A stretch of 63,872 nt of DNA, the filler included, from Globobulimina sp. (taxonomy: Eukaryota), in NCBI GenBank assembly GCA_003354225.1. It is 52 parts of 52 records of this genome, joined end to end, with 100 filler letters (N's around TTAATTAATTAA, not from the genome) between each part and the next. Parts side by side here need not be neighbours in the genome. Positions count along the whole stretch, not along the records: positions 33,231 to 34,360 come from PIVH01022765.1; positions 34,461 to 35,590 come from PIVH01022766.1; positions 35,691 to 36,820 come from PIVH01022767.1; positions 36,921 to 38,050 come from PIVH01022768.1; positions 38,151 to 39,280 come from PIVH01022769.1; positions 39,381 to 40,510 come from PIVH01022770.1; positions 40,611 to 41,740 come from PIVH01022771.1; positions 41,841 to 42,970 come from PIVH01022772.1; 44 more parts are not named here. One strand, written 5' to 3'. Position numbers and translations under genes: made by a program. Of the stretch, positions 33,941-45,430 are shown piece by piece (position 1 is the first letter of the stretch; each line of letters opens with the position of its first letter). The notes below the pieces were generated by a model. The model had not been told where the DNA came from and ran no database searches. It saw nothing but the letters and a program-made list of their open reading frames with translations.

Positions 33941-34460
33941 CATATAATAAACCATAGTAATAGTTATACAAAAACACTTATACATAACAGCATTACATTT
34001 TTCAATGTACTTGTATTTCACTAATTCAATGTAGCTGTATTTTCTGAAACAATTGTATAAAGTATATTGCATTAGTGTTTTCCTAAATAATTGTATAAAT
34101 TAATGTATAGAAGTATTTTCTGAAACAATTGTATAAAATATATTGCATACGTGTTTTTGTATTGTTGTTTAGCATTATTATTGATCATAACAGCCAAAAG
34201 TTTTTTTTCTGATTTGGTAGTTTTTAATTTAACATAATGGCACCTAGTCAAGCAAAGATATTGAGATTGATCAATATCGTGTTTCTTACCATAATTCGTA
34301 GTGCAATATTTAAGCAAATAATGGCATCGGCAATCATAATATATGTATTTATAACATTATNNNNNNNNNNNNNNNNNNNNNNNNNNNNNNNNNNNNNNNN
34401 NNNNTTAATTAATTAANNNNNNNNNNNNNNNNNNNNNNNNNNNNNNNNNNNNNNNNNNNN

Positions 34461-35168
34461 AAGCCACAAAGGTTTTTTGTGTTCTATATTTTTCTCAGGG
34501 GTTTCATATAGTTCATTGGAATACACTTCCTCATCGGTTACTTTATCAAAAACAGAAAAGTAGAATTGATCTCTGGCTACCGATTGTATCTTTGGCCCTA
34601 AATTTTCTTTAATAAATCCCAGAGTTTTAACAACAATCCCACAAATGATAACCTTGGTATCAGATTGTTTGATGGCAAACAAAAAAAGACTATGGTTGGG
34701 AAAATCAATATCCACAGGTTGAATTTTACGGTAACCACCCTCTATATATTGAATTAACCTCTTAATAATCTTGCTATTATCATTAATCACGCTCAATAAA
34801 TAATCTTTATTCAAATCAGAAATTTCTATGTTATCTTTTGTATGGTAGATTTTCTTAATCGTAATCGAATCTGCAACAAGCAATAGTTGAATGGATGAGT
34901 TTTGAGTAATAAAACCATCTACATTTTCCTTGATAACAGAATCTTGCTTTTGAATATCATTCTCCAGTTGATTGGCCCATCTGCTAACGATATCATCAGA
35001 ATATTGGTTAATTGAAAATATAACCGACTCCAGCTGTCGTGTATATATTGAATCAATCATTCTTTCATTCTGATATAGGTTACCTATTTCATAGGTAGTA
35101 AAAAATAGTGGAGGCAGAATAATGATGAGTAATAACAGAATACCAATATTTGCCAAAGGCTTTTTCAT
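34461..35168 (-). CDS. Bacterial sensor histidine kinase, N-terminal TM and periplasmic sensor region (3'-partial)
   Basis: N-terminal TM followed by a Cache-like region; intronless; kinase core not in contig. Confidence 0.55.
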
Positions 35169-35350
35169 TGCATAATATTTGAGATTCTAAAAATAATGCT
35201 TTTATATAAAGGATCTAAAACAATTCAAATATGGATAATTTATCAATGATTTTGTTTACTAATGCCAATTGCTAAAAACACATAAATACGTGATATTAAA
35301 CATATTATAGTGGTCTCTTACATATCCGTTCGTGCCTCTGAAAAATTTTC

Positions 35351-35390
35351 AAACCCGGTGTAAATCAACAAGATATACATCGGGTTTTTT
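35351..35390 (+). terminator. Rho-independent terminator-like hairpin
   Basis: AAACCCGGTGTA...TACATCGGGTTTTTT. Confidence 0.55.
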
Positions 35391-35690
35391 GTTTGGTCGA
35401 CGGCTAATCTATTTACTAACATAATGTGTTATTATTGAAACCAGAAAAATGTAAATACATAAAATGAGATTATTTTACCATACCATACCGTCATTGATTA
35501 TAGCAATTAATGGGAAATCAGAGTTTCATGAATTCATAAAAATGAATATAATAAGTGAATAAAGTGAAACGACTGCATCTTGTTGTAATTNNNNNNNNNN
35601 NNNNNNNNNNNNNNNNNNNNNNNNNNNNNNNNNNTTAATTAATTAANNNNNNNNNNNNNNNNNNNNNNNNNNNNNNNNNNNNNNNNNNNN

Positions 35691-36101
35691 TTTCTTTTCG
35701 TAAAAACACACGTTAAGAAAAGAACAATCCATTTGGTAATGGAATAAATCAATTGAATTAAAATGGAACTAATAAATATATTACTAATAGTATTGCTTTG
35801 CTGCAGAATTTAAATTTTAAATCATCGGAACAACCAAACTTAATTTCTAGGCATTACTAGCTTTCCCCGTAGATTGGTTCGAAATGACTACAGATCAGAA
35901 TTTCAGATATTAGAAAGTACACTGAACTTAAGTCGTCTAAATATAAATACGAGCGTAGAGTACGCACTCTCCACGCCCCAATTATTGACCTTCCTAATAT
36001 TTATCATCGAAAAATAGAAACTGTTCCATTTTAATTCAATTGATTTATTCCATTACCAAATGGATTGTTCTTTTCTTAACGTGTGTTTTTACGAAAAGAA
36101 A
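35691..36101. repeat. Perfect 79-bp inverted repeat (35691-35769 / 36023-36101)
   Basis: Arms are exact reverse complements; the left arm is cut by the contig start. Confidence 0.9.
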
Positions 36102-36263
36102 CAAATTGTAGTTTGTACAGCCATTTTCACATTGGATGAAATTGTAATAATAAAAACCCGGAAAACCTGAAAGTTACTCGTCCATCCACCCATCATCTCG
36201 TCGTACTAATTTTAGTCTAATTTGACAGAATACGTCCCAGTCCCACCAACGTGCTAAGGTATC

Positions 36264-36764
36264 ATGTTAAGGATCATGCCAACGGATGAAGCTTTAGAAG
36301 GATTTGAAAAAATGAAGTTGCGCCATAAAATTGCGTTTATAGTCTTTAAAGTAGCGCGAAAAGATGAAGATGATAAAAAATGCAAAGACGAAGTGATTAA
36401 GATCGACGTCGTAGCGACTAAAGCAGACGTTGGTGATGGTTATCTTGGGGCGTTTATTGAAGCAACAAAGAATGCAGGTATTGATATGTCTGATTTGATT
36501 ACGCAAAATCGCATAAATAATCTATCCTATATTTTACATTAAAAAAAAGGTACATGCCGTTATGGAGTCGTTGATTGGAATAACAAATTACTTTTTGTTG
36601 CATGGTCGCCAGATACGGCAAAAGGAAAAGATAAAATGGTGTATGCCTCCATACGAGAGGCCTTTATTGAGGCTTTGGTTGGCATTCAAATCAAAATCCA
36701 ATGTACCGACGATGGCGAGTTCTCAGAGGAAGAAATTATTAAAAAAACTCAGAGCAAAGTATAA
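36264..36764 (+). CDS. ADF/cofilin; intron 36478-36549
   Basis: CRYGVVD, KLLFVAWSPDTAKGKDKMVYAS, GIQIKIQCTD in the spliced frame. Confidence 0.9.
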
Positions 36765-37079
36765 ACAATTTATCCTCAATCATTTGTTTCTGATCAATAC
36801 TGCACAAATTTATATATTTTNNNNNNNNNNNNNNNNNNNNNNNNNNNNNNNNNNNNNNNNNNNNTTAATTAATTAANNNNNNNNNNNNNNNNNNNNNNNN
36901 NNNNNNNNNNNNNNNNNNNNACATAAACAGCAACAATATTTATGAAATTTGTTTCTATATTCATTGAATGGTGTTGTTAGACGGATAGTAGATGCAGAAA
37001 ATGTGGAATATTCATGTGTTCCGTGATGGTTAGGAGCAGACATGTGATGCTAGCAAGGAGTTTTTGTTATTATATATAA

Positions 37080-37745
37080 ATGTCAACGGTCGTGTTTGGT
37101 TACATTCGAAATATTGAACAGCAATTAGCAAATGACAAAACAGTTCCAGATGTAATCTTCGATATTATAACATTGTTTTTTTATGGACCTATGAGATTTA
37201 ACAGAGAGATATGTGGAGATAATTTGTGTTTTCTCAACGATTCTAAAGTGAAAAAGATTGATAGTGATTGGCCGTATTCTATTTGCACATTTGGACCAAC
37301 AATATATTGTCGAGAATTTAATCAATGTGATGTTCACATAAAATGGACAAAATGTGTGCTTGGTTTTTTTATGGGATTTATTACGTCAAATGATAGTGAT
37401 GCAATATTGCAAGTTATGAATCGGAACCACAAATTGGGAGATTCCGCAAATAAAAGTTGTTCGGTTGGTATATATGCAATGAAAGGCGGTCATAATTTTT
37501 ATTTATATGATGATAATAATTGGAGCGAAAAATTACATCCTCCAATATCCACTGCCGGATTTAAAGAAACAGATATATTCATAGTGTCATTTAATTTTAC
37601 AAATCAACAAATTGCAATATATCACAACGGGAAATTGCAACACAAACTGCCGTATAAACCAACAAAAAAAATACTCCCTGCAATAGCAGTGGGTGAAATC
37701 GATGAAGAAATACAGATAATTAATTGTGTCTTGTCACAACTTTAG
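37080..37745 (+). CDS. SPRY/B30.2-like protein with the N-terminal GYIR..VP..FFY motif
   Basis: VVFGYIR..VPDVIFDIITLFFY; FFMGF; FKETDIFIVSFNF..IAIYHNG; ILPAIAV. Confidence 0.75.
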   Translation: MSTVVFGYIRNIEQQLANDKTVPDVIFDIITLFFYGPMRFNREICGDNLCFLNDSKVKKIDSDWPYSICTFGPTIYCREFNQCDVHIKWTKCVLGFFMGFITSNDSDAILQVMNRNHKLGDSANKSCSVGIYAMKGGHNFYLYDDNNWSEKLHPPISTAGFKETDIFIVSFNFTNQQIAIYHNGKLQHKLPYKPTKKILPAIAVGEIDEEIQIINCVLSQL

Positions 37746-38150
37746 CAATTGGCCATGGTGCATTTGTGTGTGATCTGATTAGTTTCTAAATAGTCACTAA
37801 ATAGTAGCTAAATAGTTATATACGAGTACTAATCAGGTTTCCCAGCCTCTAAAATCATTTAAAAAAATGCTCTCTCCTTTCAAATATGTCTCCATACAAA
37901 CAAACAAATAATATGTTTTTGCCAACTGTATATTCCTAAAAGCAATTCCTTGATCAATCACATTTACTTTATATCCCATTTCTTTTTTTTCAAAATCAAC
38001 TCTCATTTCAATTACATCACCGGCACCCCATTCAATTCCATATTCTTCACNNNNNNNNNNNNNNNNNNNNNNNNNNNNNNNNNNNNNNNNNNNNTTAATT
38101 AATTAANNNNNNNNNNNNNNNNNNNNNNNNNNNNNNNNNNNNNNNNNNNN

Positions 38151-39165
38151 TTCGACAATTATTATTTTATTAACTATCAAGCATACAAATTCAAATGTAG
38201 GCAAACAACAGCAACCTATGCCAATGGTAGCAAAAAGATTAGATTACATAAGTTATATGCAATCAAATGATATTTATATGTGTGTCAATTCAACACAATG
38301 TTCGAATCAAGCCATTAAGAGTAACAACATATTTTGTTATAATTCTGGCACCTGTTCACACTCTAAACTAGTATCATTGTCATCGTCGGGTTCGATTAAT
38401 TGTATTTCCGAGAAATCGTGTTTTTCTGCAAATTTATTACTAGCAAATGGATCAAATTCCACTATAAACTGTGCGGCAAACAAATCGTGTATGCAGATTG
38501 CAAACGGAGTGAAAACATCTGGCACTTTACATTGTGATGGAACCAAATCGTGTTACAACATAAGTTCATTAGTTCAAGCGACATATATTCAATGTTCAGG
38601 TATTTTCTTTTACAATTTAATTATTATACACTTTTCCTGTATGTTCTACGCCAACTAAACTAAAGGAGAAAAATCATGCGCAGCAGATGGTATCCATGCA
38701 GATATTATAAACTGTTCAGGTTCCTGGTCATGCTCAAATGCATTTATTTATGCAAAACAAGTTCATGCACTTTCTTCCATTTATCCGATTACGAAAACTG
38801 ACATTTTTGCAGAAAACACGGATAATATTAGTGTTTATTTACATGATGATTTAAGTGGCAGTTTTGGAAATATTCGATGTAAAAATGAATCAATATGTAA
38901 TGTATATTGTTATACAGAAACAGCTTGTGTTGACTTGAATGTATTTGTTTATAGTAATAAAACTGTACTAAATCTGTTCTGTGATGGCAATATTAGCTGT
39001 CCTGATGTTTGGTATATGGATGGTTCGAGCACCGCACCAAATTATGAATTTGACAATACACAGTTGTTTACAGATAACCATGGATTTACGCTGAATGATG
39101 AAATGTTTGATGTTGGTCGTGACTGGATATTAGAGGGTGATTTCAATCTTAATATAACTTTTCAG
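38151..39165 (+). CDS. Cys-rich repeat surface-protein-like gene, partial, with an intron near 38600-38665
   Basis: Repeats of IxCxxxxSC. Confidence 0.6.
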
Positions 39166-39166
39166 A

Positions 39167-39280
39167 TCAAATCAATGGCGATATCGTGGTCGATGTGATA
39201 GTATACAATTTAGTACGGATCGCCGCATTTTCGTTGCAGGATTCGGTCTTTATGGCAGTAGTAATGGTGCAGCTGAATAC
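39167..39280 (+). CDS. Exon of a BTBD3/BTBD6-like PHR domain (animal-type)
   Basis: SNQWRYRGRCDSIQFSTDRRIFVAGFGLYGSSNGAAEY following TTTTCAG. Confidence 0.85.
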
Positions 39281-39380
39281 NNNNNNNNNNNNNNNNNNNN
39301 NNNNNNNNNNNNNNNNNNNNNNNNTTAATTAATTAANNNNNNNNNNNNNNNNNNNNNNNNNNNNNNNNNNNNNNNNNNNN

Positions 39381-40510
39381 CAGAATGGATATTGTTTGGG
39401 ATATTCAATGTTGATGTTAAGTGTTGATATTGTAATTTATTTAGCATTCACATGGTTTTTTGATCAGTATATACGCTCTGAATTTGGTCAGAAATTAAGT
39501 ATAAAACAGATATTATCGCAAATATGTTGTTGTAACTTATGTGAATTTAAAAATAAATATTTTTCGTCATTATCACCAGCGGGCAATTACGTGCCATACA
39601 AACCATTATCAAAACATCAAAGACATTCGGTGATATCCGACGATTCCGACATATTATTATCACCAAATGACATTGAAATGAATGTGTACGCACTCGCTCA
39701 AAATGAGAATCAAAGTGCGGAAATACACAAAAATGTCTCCATTCAAATGATCAATTTATCCAAAACATATAACGGAAATGGTGTGTCTTCGAAATGTGTC
39801 AATGCTGTCAATAATTTATCGATGAATATTTATGAAAGTGAATGCTGTGCCTTGTTGGGACATAATGGAGCTGGCAAAACTACGGCAATTGTTAAGTATT
39901 TGTGTGACAATTCCTGCTATATTTTAGATGCATGGCTTTTACATAGAATATGTTGACCGGAATGATTGATACAACCGCGGGGACTGCGAATATCAATGGT
40001 TACAATATAAACCACGAAATGAACGAAATCAGGCAGTTTTTGGGTGTTTGCCCGCAACATTCATTGCTATGGCCGATGTTGACAGTGTATGAACATTTGT
40101 ATTTGTTTGCAAATTTGAAGAATATGGATAAAGCTCAGATTGACGAAGAAATTGATCTGTTATTGCACGATGTTGGTTTATCTGAGAAAAAAAAATCATA
40201 TTCATCCACTTTGTCTGGCGGACAAAAACGAAAATTGAGTCTGGCGATTGCGTTCATTGGCGATCCAAAAGTTATTTTTTTGGATGAACCAACGAGGTAA
40301 AGATTTATTTTTTGTTTGTTTTGATTTAAATATATTGGATGTTTACAGCGGAATGGATCCAGTCTCACGTCGTTATACTTGGGATTTGATAGAGAAATAT
40401 AAAGAGAACAGATGCATTGTGCTGACAACACATGGTATTCTGTCTATATTTTATATGTGAATATGCATATTGTGTATCAATGAAAAATCAGATATGAATG
40501 AAGCAGATGC
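39381..40510 (+). CDS. ABCA-family transporter, NBD1 region; introns 39891-39946, 40297-40348 and about 40435-40491
   Basis: [48 protein letters not shown]. Confidence 0.95.
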
Positions 40511-40610
40511 NNNNNNNNNNNNNNNNNNNNNNNNNNNNNNNNNNNNNNNNNNNNTTAATTAATTAANNNNNNNNNNNNNNNNNNNNNNNNNNNNNNNNNN
40601 NNNNNNNNNN

Positions 40611-41740
40611 TCTCCTGAAAAGACAGCAGCACAGTTCTTATCAGACAGAATACCTTGTTCACCGATCTGTGGGGCTGTTGATTGCTCTCCATTTGTGGCA
40701 GCCCCCACCAACTTCGTTGAACTGAGAGTCTTCTTTCGGTGACATGACTTGACAGAATCACTGGACGGCGTTTTACATCCAACTGAGATGCTAGCTAGCT
40801 TCTTGTTGCCTCCTCCTGTCATTTGACACTGATCAACATCCACAGATGAGCAAGAACTGATCCGGGCCCGGCTGTTTGCTCCTCCTGAAAGTATCTGCGA
40901 TTTATCAGCATTATACAACGATTTGTCACCTAATACTATAGCTTTTGAATGAAATGAAGCCAAGCTATCAGACTTCGACAAAAAAGAGTGTTGTCCAAGT
41001 CCCTTATCCGAACTGGACTGTGCTGCATGCATGACCATTGCATCAGCTTGATAGATACCATTGATTTTGTGGCCACACAATATCACTTGACCACACTTGG
41101 ACACGATTGAGGCAGAGTTTTCACTGAACTCAGCCTTGAAACCACTGTTTGCCATAAAAGCACTGATTGACATGATATGACAGGGCAACTCAGGGACATG
41201 TAGGCAATTTGATAACAAAATGTATGAAATAATGTTACTTTGAGTCACTTGTAGGGTCATAGTACCGGTTCCAATAGCTGCAGCATAGGTACCATTGTAA
41301 TAAGACACCAACTTAGGAACATTGAATTTCTTGTAGCCTGACAATGTGTTGCCATCGAATGTCATATGACCATGAACTCCAGAATCCATTACCAGAGATC
41401 TCGAGCCACTGGAAATGTTTGAAGCAACAATGGGGGTACTGTAATGGCGACCATTTTCACTTGAAAACGAATGTTTGTGTTTTCGATATGGAACACGACG
41501 AAAAACGGTGCACTCACTGCGAAAATGTCCTTTTTCACCACATCTCCAACAGGTAATATGAGATGGAAAGATACTGTACCTTTTACTTGACGAGTTGCCA
41601 CGATTATCAGAAAATTTCGACGAATCCCGCTCATTTCTGGCAAAATTCGGCTTTTTGACATTTTGTCTTTGAATAACTGGCCGAATTGGGTAAAGAGACG
41701 AAGGTACCATGTACTGGGGACATTCCTGAGGCACAACGGA
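40611..41740 (-). mobile_element. Ty1/copia gag zinc knuckle and protease region
   Basis: CWRCGEKGHFRSEC, MDSGVHGHMT, LHVPEL..IMSIS, GIY. Confidence 0.85.
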
Positions 41741-42001
41741 NNNNNNNNNNNNNNNNNNNNNNNNNNNNNNNNNNNNNNNNNNNNTTAATTAATTAANNNN
41801 NNNNNNNNNNNNNNNNNNNNNNNNNNNNNNNNNNNNNNNNCGATACAGACAAGATATAAAAGTCATATGCATAAGGACTGCTGCCGAGTGCTGCACAATT
41901 TCAAACAGGTTTAAATTTTGTGTTAGTGCAAGGATATCATATCCATATCACTTTGGTCGCATTAACACAATAAAATGTTGTTATTTCTACAAAATTTAAG
42001 T

Positions 42002-42526
42002 CTATGCTCTTAATAAACATCGGCCTCCAACAGATCTTATTTTTTCTTGCGCTCTTTTTGAGAAATACCTCGCTCTGACAACAATTGGTTGTTTTGGCAT
42101 TCTTCCCTTTCCGAGAACTTTGGAATATCCCTTTTTGAATTGTTTATTGTTCATTGTTATGAGTCATTGAATAAATTTGCGATTTTGCGAATGAATGAAT
42201 GAATGCTTAACTGCTTCAACAATATCAACTAACGGCGCGTTACCGTCTGATGCTAAACAATGTTTCTTTATTTTGTCTGGAACTAATCGCCATATTTCAT
42301 TCACATTGATCGTAGGACACCAGGTTCGATTTGGCAAAATATGGTAATGCACCATTCCCCTCTTTCCAAAATATCCAGGATGCCATCTATTTATCCAGGT
42401 CTTGTGATGATGTTTGGAACCTGCCATTCCGCGGCCACCTGGATGTTTGTGATGATTTCCAACGCGGCCATAGCCCATCTTACGATGGCCACGCTTTTTA
42501 CGACATTTATGTAATCTGGTTGGCAT
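42002..42526 (-). CDS. RPL27A: 60S ribosomal protein L27a (uL15); intron 42131-42211
   Basis: [30 protein letters not shown]; exon 2 [21 protein letters not shown]. Confidence 0.97.
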
Positions 42527-42644
42527 TTTTAGTAAATATTATTGCGTAGCTTTGATTGCGGCTACAAACCAGGATCCAATACTAAAAAACTGTTTTGCTA
42601 TTTTCAACAAACTAAGCACCTTCAAATCATCAAACTACTGTAAC

Positions 42645-42970
42645 ATGGCAGAAGAAAAGAAAGTTGAGGTTGAAGTTGGACACAGTGACGAAGAACCATG
42701 GAATGATTGGGATTTTGAAATGCCATCTTGTTCCCAAGAGGTCAAATGCCCAGAATACAATTCATTGAATGCACCTCACTTTTTACGACAAATATTATCC
42801 GAAGTGCGCGCCAAAATATTTGCCATGGCATCCAAAACATTAAAACACAACAAAAATGGCGCTATTTTATTATCTGGCGGCAAAGCATCGACATTTAATT
42901 TCTACGACAACGATACCAATATCAGTTACTTTCGCCAAGAACCATTTTTCCGATACATTTTCGGCTGCAA
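42645..42970 (+). CDS. Xaa-Pro dipeptidase (prolidase) N-terminus
   Basis: ILLSGG..YDNDT..FRQEPFFRYIFG. Confidence 0.75.
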
Positions 42971-43070
42971 NNNNNNNNNNNNNNNNNNNNNNNNNNNNNN
43001 NNNNNNNNNNNNNNTTAATTAATTAANNNNNNNNNNNNNNNNNNNNNNNNNNNNNNNNNNNNNNNNNNNN

Positions 43071-43419
43071 TTGAGATATCAATGCTTTCTTCAATTTCTT
43101 CTTTTTCTTCTTCATTTTCTTCATCTTTTTCTTCATCTTTTTCTTCATTTTGGACGCATTGTCTTCCATAACACATTAAAATCGAACCAATACTTGTTGC
43201 CATTTCTTGTCTCTCTTCTTCATTTGCCACTATTTTAGGAATCTCACTATTTATTTTTTCTTGTTTGATTTCTAATGATAAATTTTCAAAAAGTTCATAT
43301 GCATTTTCCGGTTTCTCTTCAACTATTTTTCTTGAAATTGCTGCAATATGAGAATATATTGACGTTCCACTATTATCAACATGTTTTGATAAATATGATT
43401 TAACTTTTTCAAACTCCAT
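43071..43419 (-). CDS. Flagellar radial spoke head protein (RSPH4/6-like) N-terminus
   Basis: KSYL..GTSIYSHI..KIVEEKPENAYELFENLSLEIK, then an acidic stretch. Confidence 0.7.
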
Positions 43420-43670
43420 TTTGTTACAAAAGAAATTGATTACGTTTAACTAAAAAACGTTTTTTTTGTTTTCTTTTTTTTTTCATCTGACACATACGTC
43501 CTACGCACAAGGCAAAGTTTTCAAATTCTGTGTTTGAAATGATTTTCTTACAGTTTCTGATTATTTTTGTGACTTAGAATGATTTTCTGACCACAGTTTC
43601 TTTTTTCTAAGAGCATCCTGTCTTCAGCGTAAAAATAATATAGGTTTGCCTTCGTTAAAGTTCGTTTGTC

Positions 43671-43786
43671 AGAAACAATAAAAATCTGACGCTGAAAACA
43701 TGATGCTCTTTTGTACTAGAAAACCTCAGAAAATACTTTTCAGACAAAGAGCATCAGGTTTTCAGCGTCAGCTTTTTATTGTTTCT
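43671..43786. repeat. Imperfect ~41-bp inverted repeat
   Basis: AGAAACAATAAAAATCTGACGCTGAAAACATGATGCTCTTT versus AAAGAGCATCAGGTTTTCAGCGTCAGCTTTTTATTGTTTCT. Confidence 0.75.
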
Positions 43787-44049
43787 GTGTGATATTGGCC
43801 GTATTTAATGTGTATATTTTGGGCGTGTTTAATATGTTCATTTTCTAGTGAATTGGATTGGATGCATATTGCTGGGATGAGTTAGTGTTGTTGACTTGGG
43901 TCCATGCAAATGCCAAAAAGGTTTTTGAAGTTTGAACTTACTTTAGTTAGTTAGGAAATGTTCGAGCATTACGTAATTAGAATTGATACCTAGGGCCTAG
44001 GTGTCATTAATTAAAGCAATCTACTTTTTAATAGAAGAAATAAGAAAAA

Positions 44050-44131
44050 TGGTACCTAGCCAAATTGGTAGAGCATTGGTTTGAATGGATTATAAACCAA
44101 ATGGATGTAGGTTCAAATCCTACGGTGAGAT
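44050..44131 (+). ncRNA. tRNA-derived element (family A, copy 2)
   Basis: Same layout and the same flanks as 33654-33743. Confidence 0.7.
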
Positions 44132-44374
44132 ATGGACTGGATGATAATTATTATTTGATTAAACACGAGCCTCTGCTTAGTCTGCTATGACACGCATGCT
44201 NNNNNNNNNNNNNNNNNNNNNNNNNNNNNNNNNNNNNNNNNNNNTTAATTAATTAANNNNNNNNNNNNNNNNNNNNNNNNNNNNNNNNNNNNNNNNNNNN
44301 TATATCTCGACCCCCCCCCTTGTCTTTTTGCTTGATCAAGACAAGCTCGTTAGTAAAATTAAAGTTTTACCATC

Positions 44375-45430
44375 ATGTCCATCTCAGGGTTTTACCATGT
44401 GGAAATGGAGTACTTCAGTCATGGCATGCCGCACCGGCGTCGTTCCACCATCTTAACAACACATAAAATATTTTTAAACAATGCAGTGTATAGATTAGCG
44501 TTATTATCCTTCTTTTTATCTATTTATTATGGAATAAATGTTTGGTATTACAACACATTCGACACATATGATGATAACAACTGTGGTCACCGTCATTTAT
44601 TAGTCTGGTGCAATGTGCTGGAATCGAAACTATTTATTGCCTCTACCACATCGATATTAGTTGGATGCCTAATTATTTTGGTATTTGTTGCCTCAATGTA
44701 TAATACATATAATTACGAACAATCGTTCCATACAAAATACAACAATCTTTCATATGTGACCATTATTTTAGTACCGTTTATATTGACCATTTCGTGCCTC
44801 ACTTTAATTGTATACTCCTCCTTATATCTTGTTTCATATATTTCGCAACATCATCTCAACACATTCCATGCAAAACATTTTATAATCCGTCAAAATGTGA
44901 AAATGTTGAATGAAATATGTGCAGTATTTATTTTGGCATTGGATTTGTTGCATTTTCATCATTGTTTGCGAGGCATCAAAGTCTTAAATGTAATGTCCAA
45001 CCAATCCTCGCGTATAGCATTGATGAGTGCCATTTTATTTGTCATCTCCTTTGGCTTTGTAATGTATCTTCGAATGGATTCGCGCGAAGTGGGCATTTAT
45101 AATGGAATGAAAGAGTGTGGCTTCTTAATCAATGCAGTAATTCTAATGTTTATATGTTTAAAATATGCATTTCAAAAATTGAACACTTCAAATCAAGTCA
45201 TTCGGCACGAAACAACGGAGAGCGGAATGCAAAGGTTAATACCAAATGATTTGAATGTAATTACATCTCAATCTCAACAGTATAGCTATAGAATACGTTT
45301 GTTATTTGGCATTGTATTTGTATTCATTTTGATTGTTGGAATTACTTTGATTTGGATTGGCAAAATTTATGATGTCTATCATTATGATATAACTAAAAAT
45401 ATTGATATCGCTGTATTCATATCAACAGAA
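44375..45430 (+). CDS. Hypothetical multi-pass membrane protein (about 7-8 TM), 3'-partial
   Basis: 350-aa ORF with repeated hydrophobic helices. Confidence 0.65.

Noticed and set aside
35324-35340. ATCCGTTCGTGCCTC before the terminator as a tRNA 3'-end att site
   Set aside because: Too short and spacing imperfect; cannot be supported without a search
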